From contig DXMD01000003.1 of NCBI GenBank assembly GCA_019414385.1, positions 24,629 through 88,628 of the forward strand: DNA of 64,000 nt. The letters are read 5' to 3'. Below the pieces are notes generated by a model. That model saw only the letters and a list, made by a program, of their open reading frames with translations. It was not told the origin of the DNA and did no database searches. Below, piece by piece: positions 18,952 to 27,982 of this stretch. How positions within the stretch are numbered: position 1 is the first letter of the stretch; every line of letters starts with the position of its first letter. Made by a program: the position numbers and the translations under genes. This DNA comes from Collinsella sp. (lineage in GTDB: Bacteria; Actinomycetota; Coriobacteriia; Coriobacteriales; Coriobacteriaceae).

Positions 18952-19345
18952 GGAAACTTCCTATCATGAACTGCCCACACAACGGGGCGGTCTTTGCGCA
19001 ACTGATTTATTCTAGCGTGCCAAGCCGCCGGCGCCCAAAGCTCCACCGTATCTATGGCAATCGACGTAATCGTCCAGCATGAAATCCGCCCTCGCCGTGA
19101 TGGGACCCTGTAGTTGCAAAACCCCACATGAGGCGACTTTTGATAAACAAAAACCCTCTCGACAGGGTTCCGTAACGTTAAAGTTGAACTCTATGGTTTC
19201 TCAACAATTCATCATAACTGCAGGTCAAAGCCAAAGCCTCAAGTTCAACTTGACCCTTTGGAACCTTTAAGGTTCAAGTTGAGGTCGAAAGCAGTAGTAG
19301 AATACCGTTCGAACCATAACCTACGATTGATTGCAGAGGGACTGG

Positions 19346-20479
19346 ATGCAGCATTCGAATCATCGCACCGCAGCGCTCATTGCGTCGAAGCCGGCTCGTA
19401 TCATCACGAGCGCCGCGCTCGCCGTTGCGCTGACGGCCACGCCGATGCTCTCCCCCGTTGCGGCGTATGCCGCCTCGCAGGCAACGCAGGACCAGCTTTC
19501 CGCAGCCCAGCAGAAGATCGAAGCCGCCACGAGCGCCTACAACGACGCCCGCACCAAACTCGATGACCTGCAAAAGCAGATTGACTCCAATGAGGCAAGC
19601 ATCGAGGAAATCGAGGCTAAACTTCCCGAGCAGCAGGCCAAGGCAAGCTCCGCCATGCGCGATCTGTACAAGTATCAGAAAGGCACCAATCCCATCGTGA
19701 GCTTCCTGGTCAATGCGCAGAGCCTGGGTGAGTTCATCACGACCTGCAAATACACCAACCAGATCACGAGCTCGAGCGTCGACGAGATCGAAGAGCTCAA
19801 TAATATGCAAACCGAACTCGAGCAGAACAAGGCCGAGCTCCAGCAGGCCAAGTCTCAGCTTGAGGCAGAGCAGAAAAACGCCGAGGATGCGCTGGCGCAG
19901 GCCCAGCAGCTCCGCAGCGAGGCACAGGCAAAAGCCGAGCAGGAAAATGCCGCCGAGCTTGCCAAGCTTGAGGCCGATAAGGCCGCTGCCGCCGAGAAGC
20001 TCTCGGGCGAGGGCGTAAGCGGCGGCAATTCCAGCAGCCAGGCCACCAACACCAACACCACCATAGACACCACGGTGAACAACTCCAATACCGGTAGTTC
20101 CGATTACGATTCGTTCATTAATGAGTGGACGAGCCGCATCGACAATTATCTCGCCGGCTCCCCCATGGCAGGCCAGGGCTATAACTTTGCCGTCGCCGCT
20201 TGGAATACCGGTGTCGACCCCCGTTGGTCCCCCGCCATCGCCTGCATCGAGAGCACCAAGGGTGCTTATTGCGCCAATTCTTACAACGCCTGGGGCTGGA
20301 GTGCCCGTGGCGGCGGTTGGCGCAGCTTTGGCAGCTGGAGCGAGGGCATCTCCGCTCACGTTGCCTATCTGGGCGCCAACTACGGCTCCACCCTTACCCC
20401 GGCAGCGGCCAAAAAGTACTGCCCGCCCACGTGGCAGGACTGGTACAACAAAGTCGCCGCTCAGATGAACCGCATCTAG
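19346..20479 (+). CDS. Secreted coiled-coil protein with C-terminal lysozyme/glucosaminidase-like domain (putative cell-wall hydrolase)
   Basis: Signal peptide (AYA), PcsB/CwlO-like coiled coil, S/T/N linker, VDPRWSPAIACIES...NAWGW. Confidence 0.7.
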   Translation: MQHSNHRTAALIASKPARIITSAALAVALTATPMLSPVAAYAASQATQDQLSAAQQKIEAATSAYNDARTKLDDLQKQIDSNEASIEEIEAKLPEQQAKASSAMRDLYKYQKGTNPIVSFLVNAQSLGEFITTCKYTNQITSSSVDEIEELNNMQTELEQNKAELQQAKSQLEAEQKNAEDALAQAQQLRSEAQAKAEQENAAELAKLEADKAAAAEKLSGEGVSGGNSSSQATNTNTTIDTTVNNSNTGSSDYDSFINEWTSRIDNYLAGSPMAGQGYNFAVAAWNTGVDPRWSPAIACIESTKGAYCANSYNAWGWSARGGGWRSFGSWSEGISAHVAYLGANYGSTLTPAAAKKYCPPTWQDWYNKVAAQMNRI

Positions 20480-20489
20480 GTGCAACTGC

Positions 20490-20518
20490 AAAGGGCCCCA
20501 ATGGGGCCCTTTTCTTTT
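20490..20518. terminator. Bidirectional terminator
   Basis: AAAAGGGCCCCA-a-TGGGGCCCTTTT. Confidence 0.75.
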
Positions 20519-21908
20519 AGGTAGCGGAGGTATCGACGACGCCGGTCGCATTGGCAACCGCGACTATGACGATCATGCATAGGAGCAGCACACCCAATGC
20601 CTTGAGCCAGAGTTTCGCGAGTTTCTTGCCGCGATAGCTGTCGAGCAGTACGAATCGCCGACGAAGACGGCGCTTATCGAGCAGCGCAAAATGCATAAGC
20701 ACCATAAGGCCATCGACAAAGAAAAAATACTCGATTATGAGAAGCCACGTCGGGTAGCCTTGGTTTGCTCCCGTGGGGTGAAAGACGGCAAAGTGACTTC
20801 CGGCAAAGAACACAAGTAGCGAGAAGCAGACAAGCGTATTCCAAATGCGCCCCAGAGACTCCGGAACGCGAGAGAGCAGACCGCATGCAGCGGAGGCGGC
20901 AGGCCTAGGAAGCCCTGCGGGGTTCTGGAGCCCTTGGGGCGTCAACACCGTCTCCGAGGCCGGAGTACGGACAGGCGCAGGCGCAGGAGGCCGCACGGGG
21001 CGACTCAGATCGTATGCCGCGCGCGTAGCCCGTCCCAACGCTTCCGCACTCGCAAAACGCTTAGCCGGGTCGAGCGCCATCGACATGCAGATGACATCGG
21101 CAAGTGGAGTGGGAATGCCACGCGCCTCGCATTGCTCGCGCATGTCGAGCCCTGGTTTAGGGTCGATTCCCGTCAAGCAGAAGAACAACAGGGCGCCAAG
21201 TGCGTAGACGTCGCTGCGCACACTCGTCTGCCCAAACCCATACTGCTCGGGCGGCGCATAGGGTCGCGTGCCAAACTTGACGGTGTCGGCATCGGCGCCA
21301 TCGCGCCATACGCGCGCGATCCCCAAGTCGATAATCACCAGCGATGAAAACGTCAGGCCCTCATCGAGCGTACGGCTCGCACCTGTCACGATGATATTCG
21401 ATGGCTTGAGGTCGCGATGGATCACCGGCGCCGACGTCTCCCCCGCCATTGCAAAACCGGCGTGGAGCTCGCCCACGGCATCGCATAGGGCAGGATACAA
21501 TTCACGCGCATAATCGGGGGTGGCTCCCAGACGGTCCACCAGCGCCCCGAACGTCTCCCCTTCGATGTATTCCATAACCACGTTGAGCTCGTCGCCCACA
21601 CGACGACAATCGACGATTCTGGGCAGGTGCTCAAAACGCCTGCCTGCCCGCTGAGCGGCAAACAGACGCTCGTATGCCCCGCCGATTTGAGCCGAGGCAT
21701 CGATGCGTTTACGGACAAAGGGGCCGAGCGAACCACCACCGGTTCCTTCAAAGTACACGAGCTCGGTTGCTTCAACGGACGAGCGCTTAAGTACACGCTC
21801 CACGCGATAGCTGTCGTCACGATCGAGCGACGCCAGGTGCTCGGCAAGCGCTGCGGTCAGCTCATCATCGGAATATGTTGGGGTCTGATTATCCATAGCC
21901 TCCATCAT
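20517..21908 (-). CDS. Hanks-type Ser/Thr protein kinase with C-terminal TM helices
   Basis: VIHRDLKPSNI, IDLG, GTRPYAPPEQ, SDVYALG; three hydrophobic C-terminal segments; start uncertain. Confidence 0.88.
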   Translation of the reverse strand: MMEAMDNQTPTYSDDELTAALAEHLASLDRDDSYRVERVLKRSSVEATELVYFEGTGGGSLGPFVRKRIDASAQIGGAYERLFAAQRAGRRFEHLPRIVDCRRVGDELNVVMEYIEGETFGALVDRLGATPDYARELYPALCDAVGELHAGFAMAGETSAPVIHRDLKPSNIIVTGASRTLDEGLTFSSLVIIDLGIARVWRDGADADTVKFGTRPYAPPEQYGFGQTSVRSDVYALGALLFFCLTGIDPKPGLDMREQCEARGIPTPLADVICMSMALDPAKRFASAEALGRATRAAYDLSRPVRPPAPAPVRTPASETVLTPQGLQNPAGLPRPAASAACGLLSRVPESLGRIWNTLVCFSLLVFFAGSHFAVFHPTGANQGYPTWLLIIEYFFFVDGLMVLMHFALLDKRRLRRRFVLLDSYRGKKLAKLWLKALGVLLLCMIVIVAVANATGVVDTSAT

Positions 21909-21994
21909 AGCGCAGGGCGCAGACACCCCATGGCATCCGCGCCCCGTTCGTTTGCATCGTTGTTCGGCAGCTCCGACAGCTCAGATATCAGCCG

Positions 21995-22417
21995 CTAACT
22001 CACCGTCTCCTCGCCAAAGCGATACAGCTCCTCGTTGACCTTTTGGAGGCTGCACCCGCGATCGATACAGAAGATGATGATCGCATCGCGACGGTCCTTG
22101 CAGTTAAGGACGCTTACCCCGGCAGCCGTCAGCGCACGGTTAGTCTCTTTGAGCGTCAGCGCCATCGCAAAGGCAATCTGCAGCACCTTATTGCGGCTCG
22201 GATGACGCGCACCGGTAAAGATCTGATAGCCAAAGGTCTCATTGAGATCGGCCATACGAACCACGCGCGAGCGCTCCAAGCCCTTTTCCTGCAGCAGTTG
22301 CTTCAGGTAGTCCGAAAGCGACGGGGTGGCAAAGTCGTGCTCCTTGATATAGCCATCGATGTTTGGCGCGTCGAGAAGCTCATTGAGTAACTCGTCAGTC
22401 AGCTTTTTATCGGGCAT
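21995..22417 (-). CDS. XRE-like helix-turn-helix protein
   Basis: LSDYLKQLLQEKGL...FGYQIFTGARHPSRNKVLQIAF. Confidence 0.7.
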   Translation of the reverse strand: MPDKKLTDELLNELLDAPNIDGYIKEHDFATPSLSDYLKQLLQEKGLERSRVVRMADLNETFGYQIFTGARHPSRNKVLQIAFAMALTLKETNRALTAAGVSVLNCKDRRDAIIIFCIDRGCSLQKVNEELYRFGEETVS

Positions 22418-22449
22418 ACGACCTCACCTCCCCCAGTGCATGCAACATG

Positions 22450-22893
22450 CTAGAAACCGCTTACGTCCGAACGCTCCCAGCTAGCAACCTGGTCGGGAGA
22501 CACCGTACCCAGCGCCTCGAACTTCCAGGAGCCGCCCGCCTTCAGATGATTGGTGTTTGCAAGAGCCGTTCCAACCTGGTTGCCATCGGCATCATACAGA
22601 ACATATTCAATCTGAATGTAGCTCTTTTCCTTGTCCGTGTTATTGGTCAGCGTGCCCGTGATCTTATAGGTAAACTGATTGGAAGTGTCTTCAGCCTCGT
22701 CAGCAATGGTATACGGTTCTTGCGGTTCTTTTTGCTCCTCAGCCTGCTGTGCCGTCTCGGCAGGTTTTGCCGAATCGCTCGCAGACGAATCGGTTGAGTT
22801 GCCGCCCATAGAGCCCACGGCACCGACAATAACCAGCACCACGATGATGCCTAGGACAATCTTGCCGATCGGCTTCTTTCCCTCTTTTGCCAT
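22450..22893 (-). CDS. Membrane-anchored FxLYD-domain protein
   Basis: N-terminal TM helix, ITGTLTNNT...YVLYDADGNQVG...WKF. Confidence 0.8.
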   Translation of the reverse strand: MAKEGKKPIGKIVLGIIVVLVIVGAVGSMGGNSTDSSASDSAKPAETAQQAEEQKEPQEPYTIADEAEDTSNQFTYKITGTLTNNTDKEKSYIQIEYVLYDADGNQVGTALANTNHLKAGGSWKFEALGTVSPDQVASWERSDVSGF

Positions 22894-23056
22894 TATTCAT
22901 CCTTCCTACGATCCGGCTACCGTGCCGGCACACAGCACATCGTAGGAAGGATTGAACTTGAATTCATTAGCTGAGAGCTAAGGTTGCGGTAAACGGCCAA
23001 TGCAGTTATCCAAACGCCGAGCAAACGCACTTTGCGCGACCGTCTGCCAGCAGTGA

Positions 23057-23380
23057 TCAACCCACCGTGACGGATTCCCCGGTAAAAGCACTGATCATCA
23101 ACAGGACAAAGAAAACAAGGTAGCTGACACTCAGCAGGTACGCAATGATCAGAAAGACGACCCAGCCGACATTGGTTTTACCGTCGGCACGGCGTTGCCC
23201 GCGATTGCGGCAGAGCCAAATCGTCACGCCGATGGCAGTGATAAACAGCACGAGCGCCGCCGCGGCAAGCCCAGCAAGCGCAAACATCACGCCAATGCTC
23301 ACAGCGATGACCGGAAGCAGCAGCAAACCGCACCCGCATCCACCCGGACTATATACGGCAGACTGTCGGCGTCGCTTCAT
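23057..23380 (-). CDS. Hypothetical membrane protein
   Basis: ~107 aa with 2-3 hydrophobic segments. Confidence 0.55.
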   Translation of the reverse strand: MKRRRQSAVYSPGGCGCGLLLLPVIAVSIGVMFALAGLAAAALVLFITAIGVTIWLCRNRGQRRADGKTNVGWVVFLIIAYLLSVSYLVFFVLLMISAFTGESVTVG

Positions 23381-23409
23381 CGCCGCGCCACCCCCATCAT
23401 CTCTGAGCA

Positions 23410-23751
23410 CTACAGTGCGATGGCCTGCTGAACAGGAACGATCTTATCGAGTTCCGGTTCGATCCGCCTTTTCTCGGCCTCAAGGTCAAACGCCATCTGA
23501 GCGCGCAGCCAATAACCATCCGTCAGGCCAAAATAACGGCAAAGACGGAGGTCGGTGTCGGCCGTCACGCGACGTTTTCCCAAGACAATCTGCCCGATAC
23601 GCTGAGCCGGAATCCCGGTCTCTTTCGCAAGGCGATATTGAGAAATGCTCATGGGAACAAGAAACTCCTCTTTGAGAAGCTCACCAGGAGTCACTGGCGA
23701 CAGCAAATCGGCCGAGGTCTCATCACTTGTGATAATCGACGATTTCGACAT
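23410..23751 (-). CDS. higA: HigA-family antitoxin
   Basis: TPGELLKEEFL...SQYRLAK...VTADTDLRLCRYFG...WLRAQ. Confidence 0.92.
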   Translation of the reverse strand: MSKSSIITSDETSADLLSPVTPGELLKEEFLVPMSISQYRLAKETGIPAQRIGQIVLGKRRVTADTDLRLCRYFGLTDGYWLRAQMAFDLEAEKRRIEPELDKIVPVQQAIAL

Positions 23752-24004
23752 TCCAAGCCATCTCCTGTCTCCACTCAAAACAGACCCGATAGCGCTCGTT
23801 AACACGGATGCTATATTGCCCGGCACGATCGCCCTTCAAAGCTTCCAGGCGGTTGCCCGGTGGAACGCGAAGATCATCAAGCGAAGCACAAACCTGCAGT
23901 TGGCGAATCTTCCTCAACGCAACACGCTCAAAGGGCACGAACTTCCTGACCCGCACACCCATGGCAAAGCGTTCGGTATCCTCATCTTTATACGATGCAA
24001 TCAT
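23723..24004 (-). CDS. higB: HigB (RelE-like) toxin
   Basis: DLRVPPGNRLEALKGDRAGQYSIRVNERYRVCF...EIVDYH; toxin precedes antitoxin. Confidence 0.93.
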   Translation of the reverse strand: MIASYKDEDTERFAMGVRVRKFVPFERVALRKIRQLQVCASLDDLRVPPGNRLEALKGDRAGQYSIRVNERYRVCFEWRQEMAWNVEIVDYHK

Positions 24005-24015
24005 AGTATCGCCTT

Positions 24016-24028
24016 ACGTTAGTAACGT
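24016..24028. promoter_or_regulatory. Palindrome, probable HigA operator
   Basis: ACGTTA-G-TAACGT immediately upstream of higB. Confidence 0.5.
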
Positions 24029-24062
24029 CAAACGTTTCTATAGACTTACATCTCTATTATAT

Positions 24063-24076
24063 CGTACGTTTGTTCG
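24063..24076. promoter_or_regulatory. Possible LexA (SOS) box
   Basis: CGTAC-GTTT-GTTCG, one mismatch from CGAAC-N4-GTTCG, next to minus-strand TATAAT (24056-24061). Confidence 0.45.
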
Positions 24077-24106
24077 TATTTTCTAGAACAAATAGTCCTT
24101 CACGCC

Positions 24107-25294
24107 TTAGTCAAGCAAAAGCAATCGATTGTAGACATCGAGGCCTTTGAGTAGGATTTCCTCGTCGAAGAGCATACTATCGGTATGCAGAGCGCTTGTG
24201 GCATAGGCGGGGCAGCCATCCGAATCACTCGGGTTGTCTTGGTCCTCTGGCATACCCGTGCCCAGCAGGAAAAATACGCCCGGCAGATGGCGTTGATAGA
24301 ACGCGAAATCCTCGGCAATCAGCAAAGGCTCATCTACGAGCTGCAGCTCGGGCAAGGCAGGCGCGACATTGGCAAATAGCTCGGGGTCGTTGTCGACCGG
24401 CGGATACCCTTCAGCAAAGTCGAGATCGTACGTGCAGCCCGTTGCAGTGCATGCCTCATCAAGCACGCGGTGCACACCCTCGCGTGCACGGTCGAACATG
24501 TCGCCCGTAAACACGCGCAGGCTGCCGGCAACATGGGCCTCCCCCGCCACCGCGTTGCAGACGGTACCGGCCTGCAGTAGGCCAAACTTACCGATACAGG
24601 GCTCATCGGCACCCAGCTCATCCATCAGTTCGCGCTCGGCAACCAAAAACTTCGCTGCCGCCAAGGCCGCATCGTGCGACTCCTCGACCGGCACACCATA
24701 GGTCTTAGCAATATGAATACTCGTACCGTGAATATGGATGTGCGTCTCGCTCGAACGCGCCAGCAGCGGACCGGAACAACTCGCCAACGTGCCGGCAGGC
24801 AGATCGGGCCACACATGGAAGCCAAAAATTCGGTCGACCCCGTAGCGCTCGAACACGCCGCTCTCGCATACCGTCTTGGCGCCACCGGTCGTTTCCTCGG
24901 CCGGCTGGAACACAAAGAGCACATTGCGCTTGATGGCGCCCGGCTGCTCGCGAATCGTACGGTCGACATATGTCGCGGCGGCAAGTGCCATAGCCATGTG
25001 TCCGTCATGTCCGCAAGCGTGCATCTTGCCGGGATGGGTCGAGGCGAACACTGTCCCCGTTGCCTCGGCAATGGGCAGCGCATCCATGTCGGCCCGGATC
25101 GCCGTGGCATGCGTGGCACCAACGCCAGCGTCGAAGAAAGCGCAGACGCAGCTGGGGCACGGATGGGTCACTTCGCAGGTGAGTGGTGCCAACACGCCCT
25201 CGATATAGGCTATGGTTTGAGGAAGATCGAAATCGAGCTCCGGAATGCGATGCAGGTCGCGGCGATAGCGACGGAGTTCTTGGAGCTCGGTCAT
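24107..25294 (-). CDS. M20 amidohydrolase, probable N-acetyl-diaminopimelate deacetylase
   Basis: RRDLHRIPEL, RADMDAL, MHACGHDGH, FQPAEE, AEDF; divergent from the lysine operon. Confidence 0.8.
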   Translation of the reverse strand: MTELQELRRYRRDLHRIPELDFDLPQTIAYIEGVLAPLTCEVTHPCPSCVCAFFDAGVGATHATAIRADMDALPIAEATGTVFASTHPGKMHACGHDGHMAMALAAATYVDRTIREQPGAIKRNVLFVFQPAEETTGGAKTVCESGVFERYGVDRIFGFHVWPDLPAGTLASCSGPLLARSSETHIHIHGTSIHIAKTYGVPVEESHDAALAAAKFLVAERELMDELGADEPCIGKFGLLQAGTVCNAVAGEAHVAGSLRVFTGDMFDRAREGVHRVLDEACTATGCTYDLDFAEGYPPVDNDPELFANVAPALPELQLVDEPLLIAEDFAFYQRHLPGVFFLLGTGMPEDQDNPSDSDGCPAYATSALHTDSMLFDEEILLKGLDVYNRLLLLD

Positions 25295-25444
25295 AAAGGA
25301 TCCCTTCGTGAGGCATATCTGTTGCAACTTATTGTGATACAGGATTGTGGCACACATGTTTCTAGCATATCCCTGCATTTTTTAAACGTTATATACGAAT
25401 ACTCTTGTTTGGTAAAGTGCAACGTGGTAGGGTCGTTACCACTT

Positions 25445-25601
25445 GATAGAGGCGCGGGCACGAAGAACCGCGGGCGAGCCGGCAGGCTTTGACCCCGTGG
25501 GAAGGCGAAACCCGCCGAACTGGGCTTTTCGGGCACGAACAACCTGGTGGGCCTGTGGGAAACACCCACAGGACTGTCTGCAGCAATGCGGGAGCGCTAT
25601 C
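25445..25601 (+). ncRNA. Lysine riboswitch (L-box)
   Basis: P1 GATAG/CTATC, conserved AGAGGCGC, GCCGAA, GGG, ACTGTC, GAGCGCT; upstream of lysA. Confidence 0.9.
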
Positions 25602-25672
25602 CGGACATTGGGTCCACGCTATGCGGATTCGATGCGCAGGTAGCGCCGTCTGGATAGCGAGGTTTACGGGAC

Positions 25673-27982
25673 ATGTCATTGACTCCCAACGAGGCATATG
25701 TGGCAAAGAAGCCGTTTGTGGACAAGGAAACGCTCGAGCATATCGTTGAGCAGTTCCCCACGCCGTTTCATCTATACGACGAGGCGGGCATCCGCCGCAA
25801 CATGCAAGAAGTGCGCGACGCCTTTGCATGGAACCCGGGCTTTAAGGAATACTTTGCCGTCAAGGCCAACCCCAACCCGGCGCTCATCTCCATTCTCAAC
25901 GAATACGGCTGCGGCTGCGATTGCTCGAGCTATACCGAGCTCATGATCGCCCGATCGCTGGGTATCACGGGACACGACATCATGTTCTCGTCCAACGACA
26001 CGCCCGCGGCGGACTTTGAGCTCGCCGACAAGCTGGGCGCTATCGTCAACTTCGACGACGTCAGCCACATTGAATTCTTTGAGCGCGTTGCGGGGCCCAT
26101 TCCCAAGACAGTCAGCTGCCGCTTTAATCCGGGCGGACTGTTTCAGCTCTCCAACGGCATCATGGACAACCCGGGCGACTCCAAATATGGCATGACCACC
26201 GAGCAGCTCTTCGAGGCCTTCCGCATACTCAAGGCCAAGGGCGCCGAGCGCTTTGGCATCCACGCATTCCTTGCCAGCAACACCGTCACCAACGACTACT
26301 ACCCCAAGCTCGCGCGCATCCTCTTTGAGCTTGCCGTGCGCCTGGAACGCGAGACCGGCGCACACGTTGCCTTCATCAACCTATCCGGCGGCGTTGGCAT
26401 CCCCTACCTGCCCGAGCAACAGGCCAACGACATCCATGCCATCGGCGAGGGAGTGCACGCGGCATACGACGAGATCCTGGTTCCCGCCGGCATGGGCGAT
26501 GTGGCCATCTGCACCGAGATGGGCCGCTTTATGATGGGCCCCTACGGCTGTCTGGTCACCAAGGCCATCCACGAGAAGCAAATCTACAAGGACTATATCG
26601 GTGTCGATGCAAGCGCCGTCGATTTGATTCGCCCTGCCATGTATGGCGCCTACCACCACATTACGGTAATGGGTCAGCCGGGTGGCGCCGACAAGACCGC
26701 GGCGCCTGTCACAAACACGTACGACATTACGGGCAATCTGTGCGAGAACAACGACAAGTTCGCCATCGACCGCGAGCTACCGCAGATCGACATGGGTGAT
26801 GTGCTCGTGATCCACGATACCGGTGCGCATGGTTACTCCATGGGCTACAACTACAACGGACGGCTGCGCTCCGCCGAGGTGCTACTGCGCCCCGATGGCT
26901 CGGCCGACCTCATCCGCCGCGCCGAGCGCCCGGGCGACTATTTTGCCACGCTCGACGTGCTACCGTGCGGACGAGAGCTGCTGGCCAAATCGCGCGCCGA
27001 AAGCGCTCGACGTCGCGCTCAGGACGAGCGCTTGGCCGTCGCCGCCCAATGGAATAAACGCATCCAGATCGCGGAAGCGAAGGAGAAGAACATGGATATC
27101 CGCAATCTCGAGGGCTCAATCGTCGCCCTGGTTACGCCGTTTAAAAAGGACGGCAGTGTCGACTTTGACGCGCTTGGGCGCCTTATCGATTTCCACCTGC
27201 AAAACGGCACCGACGCTATCCTCACCCTGGGCACCACCGGCGAGAGCGCCACGATGACCGATGACGAGGACAACTCCGTCGTCGCCGCCGTGGTCAAGCA
27301 TGTTGCAGGACGCGTCCCCGTCATCGCCGGCTCGGGCTCCAACTCCACGCAAACCATGCTCACCAAGTCGCTCACCTACCAGGGCTTGGGAGCCGACGGC
27401 CTGCTGCTCATCACCCCCTACTACAACAAGTCCAACGAAGAGGGCATCTATCAGCACTTTAAGACCGTTGCCGATGCCGTAGATATCCCCTGCATCCTGT
27501 ACAACATCCCCGGCCGCTGCGGCTGCGGCATCAGCGTGCGCAACGTGGAGCGCCTGGCCGCGCACCCCAACATCATGGGCATCAAGGAAGCCTCAGGCAA
27601 CGTCGCTTACGCAGCCAAGATCGCCCACCTGCTGTCCGATGACTTCCGCATGTACTCGGGCGAGGACGCACTTACCGTACCGCTCATGAGCCTGGGCGCC
27701 TCGGGCACCATCAGCGTGTGGGCAGACGTTCAGCCGCAGCTCGTGCATGACATGTGCCGCGCCTATTTGGACGGTGACGTGGCGCGTGCCCGCGATATCC
27801 AAATTGCCGGCCAGCCGCTCATCAATGCCCTCTTTAGTGAGGTCAACCCCATCCCCGTCAAAGAGGCGCTCGCTCAGATGGGTATGATCGAGGCAAACTA
27901 CCGCATGCCGCTGTGCCCCATGGCAAACGACACGCGTACTGCACTTACCGATGCTCTGAAGGGAGCTGGTCTGCTTGATTAA
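25673..27982 (+). CDS. lysA: Diaminopimelate decarboxylase (LysA) fused in frame to 4-hydroxy-tetrahydrodipicolinate synthase (DapA)
   Basis: N-part FAVKANP, SKYG, EMGR, CENND, GAHG; C-part from 27092 ALVTPF, GTTGE, TPYYNK, LYNIPGR, IKEASG, NPIPVK. Confidence 0.9.
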   Translation: MSLTPNEAYVAKKPFVDKETLEHIVEQFPTPFHLYDEAGIRRNMQEVRDAFAWNPGFKEYFAVKANPNPALISILNEYGCGCDCSSYTELMIARSLGITGHDIMFSSNDTPAADFELADKLGAIVNFDDVSHIEFFERVAGPIPKTVSCRFNPGGLFQLSNGIMDNPGDSKYGMTTEQLFEAFRILKAKGAERFGIHAFLASNTVTNDYYPKLARILFELAVRLERETGAHVAFINLSGGVGIPYLPEQQANDIHAIGEGVHAAYDEILVPAGMGDVAICTEMGRFMMGPYGCLVTKAIHEKQIYKDYIGVDASAVDLIRPAMYGAYHHITVMGQPGGADKTAAPVTNTYDITGNLCENNDKFAIDRELPQIDMGDVLVIHDTGAHGYSMGYNYNGRLRSAEVLLRPDGSADLIRRAERPGDYFATLDVLPCGRELLAKSRAESARRRAQDERLAVAAQWNKRIQIAEAKEKNMDIRNLEGSIVALVTPFKKDGSVDFDALGRLIDFHLQNGTDAILTLGTTGESATMTDDEDNSVVAAVVKHVAGRVPVIAGSGSNSTQTMLTKSLTYQGLGADGLLLITPYYNKSNEEGIYQHFKTVADAVDIPCILYNIPGRCGCGISVRNVERLAAHPNIMGIKEASGNVAYAAKIAHLLSDDFRMYSGEDALTVPLMSLGASGTISVWADVQPQLVHDMCRAYLDGDVARARDIQIAGQPLINALFSEVNPIPVKEALAQMGMIEANYRMPLCPMANDTRTALTDALKGAGLLD

